This document shows, piece after piece, positions 1 to 7,968 of a stretch of 32,000 bases of DNA. The stretch is taken from the NCBI RefSeq assembly GCF_001564455.1, contig NZ_CP011391.1:1050001-1082000 (forward strand), given 5' to 3'. Every line of letters begins with the position of its first letter. Positions within the stretch are counted from its first letter, which is position 1. The stretch comes from Faecalibaculum rodentium. Its GTDB lineage: Bacteria; Bacillota_I; Bacilli_A; Erysipelotrichales; Erysipelotrichaceae. The position numbers were made by a program, and so were the translations under genes. A model generated the notes under the pieces. It was not told the DNA's origin, searched no databases, and worked only from the letters and a program-made list of their open reading frames with translations.

Positions 1-14
1 GGGGCGCTTTTTTT
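1..14 (+). terminator. 3' arm and U-tract of a leader terminator upstream of ileS, cut by the window edge (T-box leader suspected)
   Basis: GGGGCGC followed by TTTTTTT lies directly 5' of the ileS RBS. Firmicutes ileS genes are commonly T-box regulated, but the rest of the leader is outside the window. Confidence 0.3.
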
Positions 15-74
15 ATGTCTTCCGCAGGCAAAGAACAGAAGAGAGCAGACAGAAATCTGGAAGGAGAATTCGAA

Positions 75-2819
75 ATGGACTACAAGAGCACATTGCACAT
101 GCCGAAAACCCGGTTTGAAATGCGCGGAAATCTGACGAAGAAAGAGCCGAAGTTCCAGCAGCGCTGGGCTGAGATGGAGCTGTTTGAAAAAATGCTGGAG
201 CGCCGGGAAGGAGCCGAACCCTGGACCCTCCACGACGGCCCTCCCTATGCCAACGGCGACATCCATCTGGGTCATGCCCTGAACAAGATCCTCAAAGATG
301 TCATCAACAAATCCCACTACATGATGGGCAACCGCGTGGACTATATCCCCGGCTGGGATACCCACGGCCTGCCGATCGAGACAGCTGTCACGAAACTGGG
401 ATATGATCGCAAGAAAATCGGCATTCCCGAATTCCGTCGGATCTGCCACGACTTTGCGCTCGAGCAGGTGGAGCGACAGAAAAAGGGCTTTCTGTCCCTG
501 GGCTGCATCGGTGACTACAATCACCCCTACATCACCCTGACACCGGATTTTGAAGCCCGCCAGATCGAGATCTTTGGCAAAATGGCATCCGATGGCCTGA
601 TCTATCAGGGCCTGAAGCCGGTCTACTGGTCTCCGTCCTCCGAGTCTGCCCTGGCGGAAGCGGAAGTGGAATACAAGGACGTGAAGTCTCCCACGATTTA
701 CGTGAAGTTTGCGGTGAAAGACGGCCGCGGCGTGCTGGAGGAAGGCGACAGCATCGTCATCTGGACCACCACACCCTGGACCATCCCGGGCAACCTGGGC
801 ATCTCCGTTCACCCGCGGTTCGACTATGCAGTGGTGAAGACAGAGCAGGGCAACCTGGTGGTGCTGGCGGAGCTCGTGGACAAGCTGATGGAAGAATTCG
901 GCATCACAGACTATGAAGTCCTGCGCACCATCAAGGGAAAGGACCTGGAATTCATCACCACAAAACACCCGCTGTACCCTGAAAGAGACTCTCTGGTGAT
1001 GGTGGGAGAACATGTCACGGCGGATTCCGGTACCGGTGCAGTCCACACGGCTCCCGGCTTCGGTATGGATGACTTCATGATCGGCAGGCAGTACGGACTG
1101 CCAATCTACGTCAACGTGGACGCTCAGGGCCGTCTGATGGAAGACACCGGCGAACGCCTGGCAGGGCTCTATGTCGAAGACGCCAACAAGGAAGTCGTGA
1201 AATGGCTCGATGAGCTGGGAGCGCTTCTGAAGCTGCAGTTCATCACCCACTCCTACCCCCACGACTGGCGGACCAAGAAGCCCATCATTTTCCGTGCCAC
1301 CACACAGTGGTTTGCCTCCATCGACAAAATCCGCCAGCAGCTCCTGGATCAGATCCACAGCATTCACTGGGTGCCTGCCTGGGGCGAGGGCCGCATGCAC
1401 AACATGATCGCCGACCGCGGCGACTGGTGCATTTCCCGTCAGCGTGCCTGGGGTGTGCCCATTCCCATCATCTACGGGGAAGACGGCACACCGCTGATGG
1501 ACAAGGCGATCTTCGAACACGTGGCAGACCTGTTCCGGGAACACGGGTCCAACATCTGGTTCGAGCTGGAGGCAAAGGACCTGGTGCCGGAAGGCTACAC
1601 CAGCGAGCATTCTCCCAACGGAACCTTCACGAAGGAAACCGACACCATGGATGTGTGGTTTGACTCCGGCAGCTCCCACACCGGGGCCATGATCGAACGA
1701 GGTCTGGGCTATCCGGCAGATCTGTACTTCGAGGGATCCGACCAGTACCGCGGCTGGTTCAACTCCTCCCTGATCGTGGGAACCGCTGTCTACGGCGAAG
1801 CTCCCTACAAGGAAGTGCTGTCTCACGGCTTTGTCATGGATGAAAAAGGCGTGAAGATGTCCAAGTCCCAGTGGAACGCCGTGGCCCCTGCGGAGATCAC
1901 GAAGAAATACGGAGCCGACATCCTGCGTCTGTGGTCCGCCACTGTGGATTACCAGGCGGATGTATCCATGGGTGACAAGATCCTGAAGCAGATCGCGGAA
2001 AACTACCGGAAAGTCCGCAACACCTTCAGGTTCCTGCTGGCCAACCTGGACGACAACACCTTCACGAAAAAGGACCGGGTCCCCTTTGACCAGCTGCCGC
2101 TGCTGGATCAGTACATGCTGGTGCTGCTGAAGCAGGCAGAGGAAAAGGCCGAGAAGGCCTATCTGGAATACCGCTTTGCGGATGTCGTCACCAGCCTGAC
2201 CAACCTGATGACCAACGATCTGTCCGCCTATTACCTGGACTACGCCAAGGACATCCTGTACATCGAACGCGAAAACGATCCTGAACGCCGTGCCGTGCAG
2301 ACCGTCCTGCACACCTACGCTGATGTACTGGTCCGTCTCTGGGCTCCGATCCTGGCCCACACGGCAGAGGAAATCAACGACATCCTCCAGCTCGATGAAG
2401 AGTCCATCCACCTGACAGACTTCGCCAAAGTGGAGCTGGAGGCCGATGAAGAGCAGATCCTGGCCGACATGAAGCAGCTGCTGGCTGTCCGCAAGGATGT
2501 TCTCAAGGCGCTGGAAGAAAAGCGTGCAGCCGGTGAGATCAAAAAATCGCTGGAAGCGGCGGTGAAACTGCACGTGGATCCGGAAACCCGGGCGCTGTTC
2601 GACAAGTATGTGCCGAAACTGGCCCAGTGGCTGATCGTGTCCGATGCTGAATTCGTGGACGACGAACTCCCGCAGTATGAAGTCAGCCAGGTGCTGGTGG
2701 ACAAAGCTGCCGGTCATGCCTGCCCCCGCTGCTGGAACTTCACGACCGCCGAGAACGAAGATGGCCTTTGTGACCGTTGTGCAGCCATTGTGGCTGAAGA
2801 AGCAGCAGAAGCCGAATAA
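75..2819 (+). CDS. ileS: Isoleucyl-tRNA synthetase
   Basis: Class I aaRS motifs HLGH (HIGH) and KMSKS, plus a C-terminal CPRC...CDRC zinc knuckle. The ORF track starts at 15; I moved the start to ATG 75 (MDYKSTLHMPKT) because GGAAGGAG lies 8 nt upstream. Confidence 0.96.
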   Translation: MDYKSTLHMPKTRFEMRGNLTKKEPKFQQRWAEMELFEKMLERREGAEPWTLHDGPPYANGDIHLGHALNKILKDVINKSHYMMGNRVDYIPGWDTHGLPIETAVTKLGYDRKKIGIPEFRRICHDFALEQVERQKKGFLSLGCIGDYNHPYITLTPDFEARQIEIFGKMASDGLIYQGLKPVYWSPSSESALAEAEVEYKDVKSPTIYVKFAVKDGRGVLEEGDSIVIWTTTPWTIPGNLGISVHPRFDYAVVKTEQGNLVVLAELVDKLMEEFGITDYEVLRTIKGKDLEFITTKHPLYPERDSLVMVGEHVTADSGTGAVHTAPGFGMDDFMIGRQYGLPIYVNVDAQGRLMEDTGERLAGLYVEDANKEVVKWLDELGALLKLQFITHSYPHDWRTKKPIIFRATTQWFASIDKIRQQLLDQIHSIHWVPAWGEGRMHNMIADRGDWCISRQRAWGVPIPIIYGEDGTPLMDKAIFEHVADLFREHGSNIWFELEAKDLVPEGYTSEHSPNGTFTKETDTMDVWFDSGSSHTGAMIERGLGYPADLYFEGSDQYRGWFNSSLIVGTAVYGEAPYKEVLSHGFVMDEKGVKMSKSQWNAVAPAEITKKYGADILRLWSATVDYQADVSMGDKILKQIAENYRKVRNTFRFLLANLDDNTFTKKDRVPFDQLPLLDQYMLVLLKQAEEKAEKAYLEYRFADVVTSLTNLMTNDLSAYYLDYAKDILYIERENDPERRAVQTVLHTYADVLVRLWAPILAHTAEEINDILQLDEESIHLTDFAKVELEADEEQILADMKQLLAVRKDVLKALEEKRAAGEIKKSLEAAVKLHVDPETRALFDKYVPKLAQWLIVSDAEFVDDELPQYEVSQVLVDKAAGHACPRCWNFTTAENEDGLCDRCAAIVAEEAAEAE

Positions 2820-2904
2820 GGGGTTTCTTCCATAAGTTCCGGTGATGCCTGCCTGCGGCAGGCTGCCGGGGCACACAGTTGAATAAGGTCTGACTGAAAC
2901 AGAC

Positions 2905-2958
2905 AAAGACCGTGTCGGGTATCATTTCAGGTGATGCAAGGCACGGTCTTTCGTTTTT
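2905..2958 (+). terminator. Putative ileS terminator
   Basis: AAAGACCGTG (2905-2914) pairs with CACGGTCTTT (2942-2951) and is followed by CGTTTTT. The 27-nt loop is long, so confidence is moderate. Confidence 0.45.
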
Positions 2959-3009
2959 GATAAGGTTTTCGTCCGGTGAATGTTTGGAAGTGTCTGACAG
3001 AATGAGGGC

Positions 3010-3153
3010 ATGAAAGAACATGCAATGGGAAAACTGATTCTTCTGCTGGCGATTGTGCTGGGGTGGATGGCTTTCGGCATCATGACACTGGCAAGACTGG
3101 GAAAGAGAAAGTGCAGAAAGCAAGGCGGCAGACTGGTGCTGCCGGCAGCGTGA
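3010..3153 (+). CDS. Small hydrophobic protein, 47 aa (MKEHAMGKLILLLAIVLGWMAFGIMTLARLGKRKCRKQGGRLVLPAA), below the ORF-track cutoff
   Basis: Hand-translated ORF with one predicted TM helix and a basic tail. A strong terminator follows about 35 nt downstream. The SD (GAGGG) is weak and very close to the ATG. Confidence 0.35.
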   Translation: MKEHAMGKLILLLAIVLGWMAFGIMTLARLGKRKCRKQGGRLVLPAA

Positions 3154-3186
3154 GGTCATGAAAGGGAAGCAAAAGAAACAGAAAAT

Positions 3187-3230
3187 CAGCCTGGATCCGG
3201 TCATGGAATCCAGGCTGTTTGTTTGTTTTG
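3187..3230 (+). terminator. Rho-independent terminator
   Basis: Perfect 10-bp stem CAGCCTGGAT (3187-3196) / ATCCAGGCTG (3208-3217), followed by TTTGTTTGTTTTG. Confidence 0.65.
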
Positions 3231-3314
3231 TACAGGTGATGGCATCCACTGGAAAGAGGACCGTGTAGGATACAGAAACTCAGCTGTTTTCCTGTGATTG
3301 CGGTTTCTCAGAAT

Positions 3315-3899
3315 TCAGTGTTCAGAATTCAGTGTATCGACCCACTGGGCAACGGTTTCCGGGGACGCACCTTTTTCGAAGGATTCAGCCTTGGCAAATC
3401 CGGTGCGCCAGTTATCCAGACTAAGCTGGGTGGTCAGTGTTTCAGCTTCATCAAGAGTCCCGATGGTGAATGGATAAAACGTCTTGTCATCCAGATTGTT
3501 CTCGTCCAGGAACAGCTTGACAGGTGTGGCGGCGCCGTCCAGCCAGATGGGACAGCCGAGAATGATCCGGTCATATTCTGACCAGTTGTCCGGGACCGGC
3601 TGTTTCAGCTTGAAGTCAGTGGAGTAGAGATCCTCCAGTTCCTCCATGCTCAGTTCCTCTGAACTGTTCAGCTTATTCAGCAGGCCACCGTATTCTTTTT
3701 CCGGCTGGATCTCGAACATCTGACATTTGGCTGTCCTGGCAGCTTCCCGGGCCAGTTCACTGATTCCATCATCATCACTGGAATAGTACACAACCAGTGT
3801 TGTGAGTTTGTCTCCCGGTTCTGGTGCCAAACTGCACCCGGCGGTTGCGAGGAGGATCAGAGCCAGGAGGACTGTACTGAAAAGACGAAGTCTGTGCAT
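3315..3899 (-). CDS. Exported flavodoxin-like lipoprotein (Flavodoxin_4-type fold)
   Basis: N-terminus MHRLRLFSTVLLALILLATAGC has a lipobox (LATAGC). VVYYSS...FEIQPEKEY and ILGCPIWLDGAATPVKLFL...KTFYPFTIG match the layout of the short flavodoxin family. Confidence 0.75.
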   Translation of the reverse strand: MHRLRLFSTVLLALILLATAGCSLAPEPGDKLTTLVVYYSSDDDGISELAREAARTAKCQMFEIQPEKEYGGLLNKLNSSEELSMEELEDLYSTDFKLKQPVPDNWSEYDRIILGCPIWLDGAATPVKLFLDENNLDDKTFYPFTIGTLDEAETLTTQLSLDNWRTGFAKAESFEKGASPETVAQWVDTLNSEH

Positions 3900-4111
3900 C
3901 AGTACCCCACCGTCCCTTCGATGGAATCTGTGGTGGATCGTGTCTCACTGGAAAACGGATCTGTTTCGTCGATGATTTCCGATTGCTGTCTGGTCTGTTC
4001 CGAGACTGGCCTTGTATCTACCGGACCCGGTTCTTTGTGAAAGAGGGAGAATACGAGCAGACCGGCAACAACGATTGCCATGGCTGCCAGCAGCCATTTC
4101 CAGAACCTCAT
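3899..4111 (-). CDS. Small single-pass membrane protein (70 aa), translationally coupled to the flavodoxin-like gene
   Basis: MRFWKWLLAAMAIVVAGLLVFSLF TM helix followed by an acidic/polar tail. AAAGGAG lies 9 nt upstream of ATG 4111, so the 112-aa track ORF was trimmed. Its TGA overlaps the downstream ATG (TGATG). Confidence 0.55.
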   Translation of the reverse strand: MRFWKWLLAAMAIVVAGLLVFSLFHKEPGPVDTRPVSEQTRQQSEIIDETDPFSSETRSTTDSIEGTVGY

Positions 4112-4309
4112 ACAGTTCATCTCCTTTCTGGCAAACGGGGAAAAATCAAATCGTAAAGAAGTACTTCCTGATTTGAGTCTATCTCTGTTGATCGGTTTAT
4201 ACAATAGGAAAACAACAACCATAGATAAAAATATCAATTATAATTGATTTTCTTATCATTGCTCTGTTTGCGTTTACAATGAAAGCAGCAAACCACAGAA
4301 GGAGGGACT

Positions 4310-4684
4310 ATGAAAAAGTTTACCAAAAAAGAAAGCCAGGTCATGGATATCTTATGGTGTGAAGGCAAACCGCTGACTGCAAGGGAAATTTCGGACCGCA
4401 TCTCTGAAATGAGTGTGTACTCCGTTCAGCAGGTTTTGTCCCGCCTGCTGGAAGGAAACATCATTCAGGTGGCAGGAATCACCCACAACCGCAATGCCAT
4501 TGCCAGGCAGTATGAACCTTCGATGCAGGAAGCGGACTACCTCGCGTCCATTGCCAACAGCAGAGAAACCTGCCGGCTGTTTGCGCAGAATTTCGTCGAT
4601 GCAGGGGCCTCCCTGGAAGAGCTGAACGAACTGGAAGCCAGGATCCGGACAAGAATCAGGGAACTGAAGGACCAGTCCTCATGA
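4310..4684 (+). CDS. BlaI/MecI/CopY-family winged-helix transcriptional repressor
   Basis: 124 aa. The N-terminal pattern (ESQVMDILWCEGKPLTAREI...SVYSVQQVLSRLLEG) and C-terminal coiled dimerisation helix are typical of the penicillinase-repressor family. GAAGGAGGG RBS; stop overlaps the next gene's start. Confidence 0.85.
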   Translation: MKKFTKKESQVMDILWCEGKPLTAREISDRISEMSVYSVQQVLSRLLEGNIIQVAGITHNRNAIARQYEPSMQEADYLASIANSRETCRLFAQNFVDAGASLEELNELEARIRTRIRELKDQSS

Positions 4685-5790
4685 CTGTCTCACTCTTCTC
4701 GATCCTCCTGACATGTTTCGAATCATGCGTTCTGATCCTTGTCCTGGACCTGGTGCTTAAGCGTCGTAAACAGTTTCGTCTCATTCATGCCGATGCGGTG
4801 TTCCTGCTAATGGTCATGATCGGGCTGCGACTCGGTTTTCCCGTTACCCTGTTCTATGCCCTGCCGGTTCAGATTCCGGCTGTTCTGAACCCGGTCACGA
4901 ATTTCATGAGACAGGAATTCCTCCCCGGGTTTTCCGTAATTCAGCTGCTGCTCGGGTTCTGGATCACAGGAGCCGGCATCCGGGGGTTCACGCACTTAAG
5001 AAACCACCTGTATGTGGAGAAAACAGCCAGCCGAATCCGGCAGCATGCAAAAAAGACCTCGGTCAGGGAACTGGTCGGCAACAGCACCATGCCGGAATAT
5101 CCTGTCTATATTTCTGCCAGCATCCAGTCTCCCAGAATCATGGGGAAGGATAAAAGCATTCTGTTGCCTGATCTGCACTGCTCCAGACATCAGATGGAAT
5201 GCATTCTGCTTCATGAAATCCGTCATCTGGAAAACCATGATTACCTGAAAAAGCAGCTGGTGGAATGGATCCTGATCGTCTGGTGGTGGCTGCCGCCAGT
5301 GTACCTTCTCAGACGGCATATTTCTCTGTATGCAGAAGTGATGGCAGATGGAGAAGCGGTCTGGAACCGGAATGAAGCCGGTCAGCTGGAGTATGCATTG
5401 TCACTGGTTGAAGTCCAGAAACTGCTGCATCCGGATTCACCAAAACAGTCTGACAACTCTGCATTTTCCAGTTTTTACATCTCTGATGATGCCGAAGTTC
5501 TCGCCTGGCGGATCGAACGTCTGTCTGAGCGGGACTTCATTTCCGGAACAAGCGGATTCTGTCTGGTGTCTCTGGCTGTTCTGGCATTTCTGTCCAGTTT
5601 TGTTGTACTGGAACCTGCTTTTCTGCCACCGGCTGCCGATTACAGATATTCACAGTCCGATCTGCTGGATTCCGGATTGCTCATCAGTCACAAAGACGGG
5701 AGCTGGAGCTTCTGCATTGACGGGGAATACATGGAGATCCGGAATCCGGCTTCGGAGTTTCTGGTGGGAGTACCGGTGATTTATGAATAG
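4681..5790 (+). CDS. BlaR1/MecR1-like M56 family membrane metalloprotease (signal transducer) without a recognisable penicillin-binding sensor domain
   Basis: HEIRHLENHD (HExxH...D zinc motif) sits after multiple N-terminal TM segments. ATGA overlap with the upstream repressor gene. The tail after the last TM is only about 65 aa with no SxxK motif. Confidence 0.8.
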   Translation: MTVSLFSILLTCFESCVLILVLDLVLKRRKQFRLIHADAVFLLMVMIGLRLGFPVTLFYALPVQIPAVLNPVTNFMRQEFLPGFSVIQLLLGFWITGAGIRGFTHLRNHLYVEKTASRIRQHAKKTSVRELVGNSTMPEYPVYISASIQSPRIMGKDKSILLPDLHCSRHQMECILLHEIRHLENHDYLKKQLVEWILIVWWWLPPVYLLRRHISLYAEVMADGEAVWNRNEAGQLEYALSLVEVQKLLHPDSPKQSDNSAFSSFYISDDAEVLAWRIERLSERDFISGTSGFCLVSLAVLAFLSSFVVLEPAFLPPAADYRYSQSDLLDSGLLISHKDGSWSFCIDGEYMEIRNPASEFLVGVPVIYE

Positions 5791-6016
5791 AAGACTGTGG
5801 CTGTTCAGCCTTGCAGCTGTGACTGCAGGATTTCTGATTCTGACGGGCATCCAGGCCAAAGATTTCAATGAATCCGAACCTCCTGTTTCTGATACAGTCC
5901 GATTTCAGGAAGCGGATCAGCATGTCTGGAAATTCAAACCGGTGAATGGTACCCTCTGCCGCCGGCTGTGGGACGAAACAGCCGCCTGCTGGCTGACAGA
6001 CTGGATTCCCGTTTGA
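5783..6016 (+). CDS. Small exported protein (77 aa), overlaps the end of the M56 gene by 8 nt
   Basis: Signal-like N-terminus MNRRLWLFSLAAVTAGFLILTGIQA. The overlap suggests a position in the same operon. No family recognised. Confidence 0.4.
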   Translation: MNRRLWLFSLAAVTAGFLILTGIQAKDFNESEPPVSDTVRFQEADQHVWKFKPVNGTLCRRLWDETAACWLTDWIPV

Positions 6017-6194
6017 CAGGGGTGAATCCGGATGAACAGGAACTGGTATATTGTGTAAGGCTTGGTGCTTTTTTAAGATATATCTTGATAAAATATAAAT
6101 GAAGAACAGGGGGTTCCATAATGAAATATGACAGAGACAGGTTTGTATATAACTTTCTCTGCCAGGCCTTTCCACAACAGAAAAGGAGCACACC

Positions 6195-6236
6195 ATGAAT
6201 GAAAAGAACCGCAGAATCATCGAAAAACTGTTATGA
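6195..6236 (+). pseudogene. 5' fragment (MNEKNRRIIEKL...) of a small ORF interrupted by the IS110/IS1111-type element
   Basis: AAAAGGAG RBS lies 6 nt upstream of ATG 6195. The frame closes at a TGA supplied by the first bases of the inserted element. It is in frame with the ORF tail at 7827-7943 once the element is removed. Confidence 0.5.
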
Positions 6237-6243
6237 AATGACC
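6232..6243. repeat. Subterminal inverted repeat of the IS (TATGAAATGACC)
   Basis: Exact reverse complement of 7808-7819 (GGTCATTTCATA). Confidence 0.85.
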
Positions 6244-6319
6244 TTTGTCAAGAGTGAGTGAGAAGGTATAGTGCCCCCTTACCCCCATTGATGATCATCA
6301 TTTTAGTTCTAAGCTTGAC

Positions 6320-6510
6320 AGCACTTTACAGAAGCTGCAAGGAAATTGGTCCCGGCTTTTGGCCACTCTGTTATACGTGGATTGGTTACCAACAGGTCAA
6401 TGGTTCGCCAGGAGTGGAGCTGTCTGAATACGTGGATCACTGCTGTTAAGCAGGCCGACATAGAATTATCGCTCATCACTCAGACCTTGCACATGCAGCT
6501 TCTCTGAACT
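6320..6510 (-). ncRNA. Candidate bridge/seek guide RNA in the 3' non-coding region of the IS
   Basis: 9-bp long-range complementarity AGAAGCTGC (6330-6338) / GCAGCTTCT (6495-6503) encloses two modules. Each ends in ATACGTGGAT (6373-6382, 6428-6437) and each is preceded by a string matching an IS/flank junction (TCTGTTAT 6367-6374; TGTCTGAA 6421-6428). Strand and extent are inferred only. Confidence 0.35.
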
Positions 6511-6590
6511 GCTGTCAAAAATATGAACCAAAATGGCAGGCTGTAGGTTAAAACTCGTTGTTTCTGAAACAAATTGCTTATTGTTGAAAC

Positions 6591-7697
6591 TCAGTCTCTG
6601 GCAATGGAAATGTTATCCGTCATAAGTCCCCAGACAAAACAGGAAAGATCTCTCGCAATGGCAGATACAGCTATATTGTGCTTCTTTCCTTTACGCATCA
6701 GCCGGTAGTATTTTCGCCGCATATATTCGTTGGCGTGATCTGCATAGTCGATTACTTCTTTCGAGTTTCCTTGCTGTCTTGATTTCAGATCCTTGGATTT
6801 GTATCCGATCCTGCCCTTGCAGATCCCTTGGGCGCTTTCCGTCAGGAGCTTTCGAACAAATCTGTTCCCGGCTTTTGAGATACCTGTTCGTACTGTTTTT
6901 GCGCCGCTGGATTGCTCTCCGGGAGCCAGGCCAAGATAGGCGCCAAGGGTATTGCCTTTATCAAATCGGGTGAAATCTCCTACCTCAGTAATCAGAGCAA
7001 GAGCAGTCTGTTCTTTGATTCCAATCAGGCACTGAAGCTTTTTGACGTTTTCACTGTATGCTTTGTCTTGGCACAACTCATGAATTCTTTGATTCATCTC
7101 ATCAATACGGTTGTTCAGATAATCATAAGTACGCAGATAATCGTCCAGGGTTTCCCGAACAATCGGGTTGCACTGGCAATGCCTGAGGAACTGAAGGTGC
7201 AGCTGCGTCCAGTTATTCGCTTCACAACGCAGTCCATTGTAAAGTGCGAAAGAAAGAATCTGCTGCTTGATCTTTTTCAGAGCTGATTTATGATCATCTC
7301 TCATTCTCAGATAGCCGGAGACTGCTGCATCCTGATCAGTAGGAATATGAACAGCTTTATAGCCACCGTAGCTTAAGCACTGAGCAATCATCAAAGCGTC
7401 TCTGGCATCCGTTTTTACCCTTTTACCCTGAGGTGCCATCATCGTAGTAGGAGCCAGGATGATGCATTTGACTCCCCTGGCTTTCAGTTCTGCATAGGGA
7501 ACATATCCCAGACATCCAGCTTCATAACCGCATTCAATATCAAGATTGCTATCCTGAAGTTTCTCTTTGAGCTTTTTGATATAGTCGATGACCAGATCTA
7601 CATCTGCTCCGATTTTAACGGTGGAGAAGATAATATCTTTACCACCGAATTTGGGCTCCATAGCGCACAGGGTGAAACTGTCCTTGTGGACATCCAT
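6591..7697 (-). CDS. IS110-family transposase/recombinase (DEDD RuvC-like N-domain plus C-terminal Tnp domain)
   Basis: MDVHKDSF...CGYEAG...KTDARDA N-terminal pattern and C-terminal GLAPGEQSSGAK...GISKAGNRFVRK motif, typical of IS110 family proteins. Upstream in-frame codons read TRIIKIG with no ATG/GTG/TTG, so a non-canonical start near 7721 is possible. Confidence 0.9.
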   Translation of the reverse strand: MDVHKDSFTLCAMEPKFGGKDIIFSTVKIGADVDLVIDYIKKLKEKLQDSNLDIECGYEAGCLGYVPYAELKARGVKCIILAPTTMMAPQGKRVKTDARDALMIAQCLSYGGYKAVHIPTDQDAAVSGYLRMRDDHKSALKKIKQQILSFALYNGLRCEANNWTQLHLQFLRHCQCNPIVRETLDDYLRTYDYLNNRIDEMNQRIHELCQDKAYSENVKKLQCLIGIKEQTALALITEVGDFTRFDKGNTLGAYLGLAPGEQSSGAKTVRTGISKAGNRFVRKLLTESAQGICKGRIGYKSKDLKSRQQGNSKEVIDYADHANEYMRRKYYRLMRKGKKHNIAVSAIARDLSCFVWGLMTDNISIARD

Positions 7698-7807
7698 TCC
7701 GATTTTGATTATTCTTGTTATGTGACCTCCGATTGTATGCGGTAATCCCCGCTCTGTTTGTTTCCTGACTGCAGTGTAAGGGTAAATCCACGTTGCTACA
7801 ATCAGGA

Positions 7808-7819
7808 GGTCATTTCATA
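7808..7819. repeat. Subterminal inverted repeat of the IS (GGTCATTTCATA)
   Basis: Exact reverse complement of 6232-6243. Confidence 0.85.
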
Positions 7820-7826
7820 TTGTCTG

Positions 7827-7943
7827 AAGGAAGACAACCGACATTACGCTGAATTCAACAAAACCAACCAGCAGTACTGGAAGGGCATGACCATCATCGG
7901 TCTGGGCGGAGCAGCCCTGCTGATCCTGCTCATGCGGCTTTAA
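7827..7943 (+). pseudogene. 3' fragment (KEDNRHYAEFNKTNQQYWKGMTIIGLGGAALLILLMRL) of the small ORF interrupted by the IS
   Basis: C-terminal TM helix. In frame with 6195-6230 (the 6231-7826 interval is 1596 nt, a multiple of 3). The upstream part of track ORF 7758-7943 reads through IS end sequence. Confidence 0.5.
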
Positions 7944-7968
7944 GAGAATTGAGGTGTATGAAGTGAAC

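Larger units (their letters stand above)
6231..7823 (-). mobile_element. IS110-family (IS1111-like) insertion sequence, about 1.6 kb
   Basis: DEDD-type IS110 transposase ORF; perfect 12-bp subterminal inverted repeats (6232-6243, 7808-7819); CTG on both flanks (6228-6230, 7824-7826); long 3' non-coding region. Ends are uncertain by about 3 nt. Confidence 0.75.

Noticed and set aside
15-74. N-terminal extensions offered by the ORF track (ileS from 15; also apbE from 9550, rnfE from 12685, rqcH from 19658, ylxQ from 22726, the small membrane protein from 4237)
   Set aside because: In each case an internal ATG preceded by a good GGAGG-type RBS (or, for apbE, the family-typical N-terminus) fits better. 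The extensions add atypical sequence or overlap upstream genes.
2740-3249. 169-aa minus-strand ORF in the ileS downstream region
   Set aside because: It overlaps the ileS 3' end and runs through two plus-strand terminator hairpins. It has no RBS and an implausible peptide.
4238-4309. Possible BlaI operator (GTTTGC ... GCAAAC dyad around TTTACAATGAAAG)
   Set aside because: It has only 6-bp arms with a 17-nt spacer and a single TACA element. That is too weak to call without a motif model.
6121-6198. 25-aa ORF (MKYDRDRFVYNFLCQAFPQQKRSTP) upstream of the interrupted small ORF
   Set aside because: It is very short, has only a weak G-run as RBS, and overlaps the strong RBS of the next ORF. Nothing supports it beyond an open frame.
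6258-6449. 63-aa plus-strand ORF inside the IS 3' non-coding region
   Set aside because: It has no RBS and lies inside the inverted-repeat-bounded element on the strand opposite the transposase. The region is better explained as non-coding or RNA-encoding.
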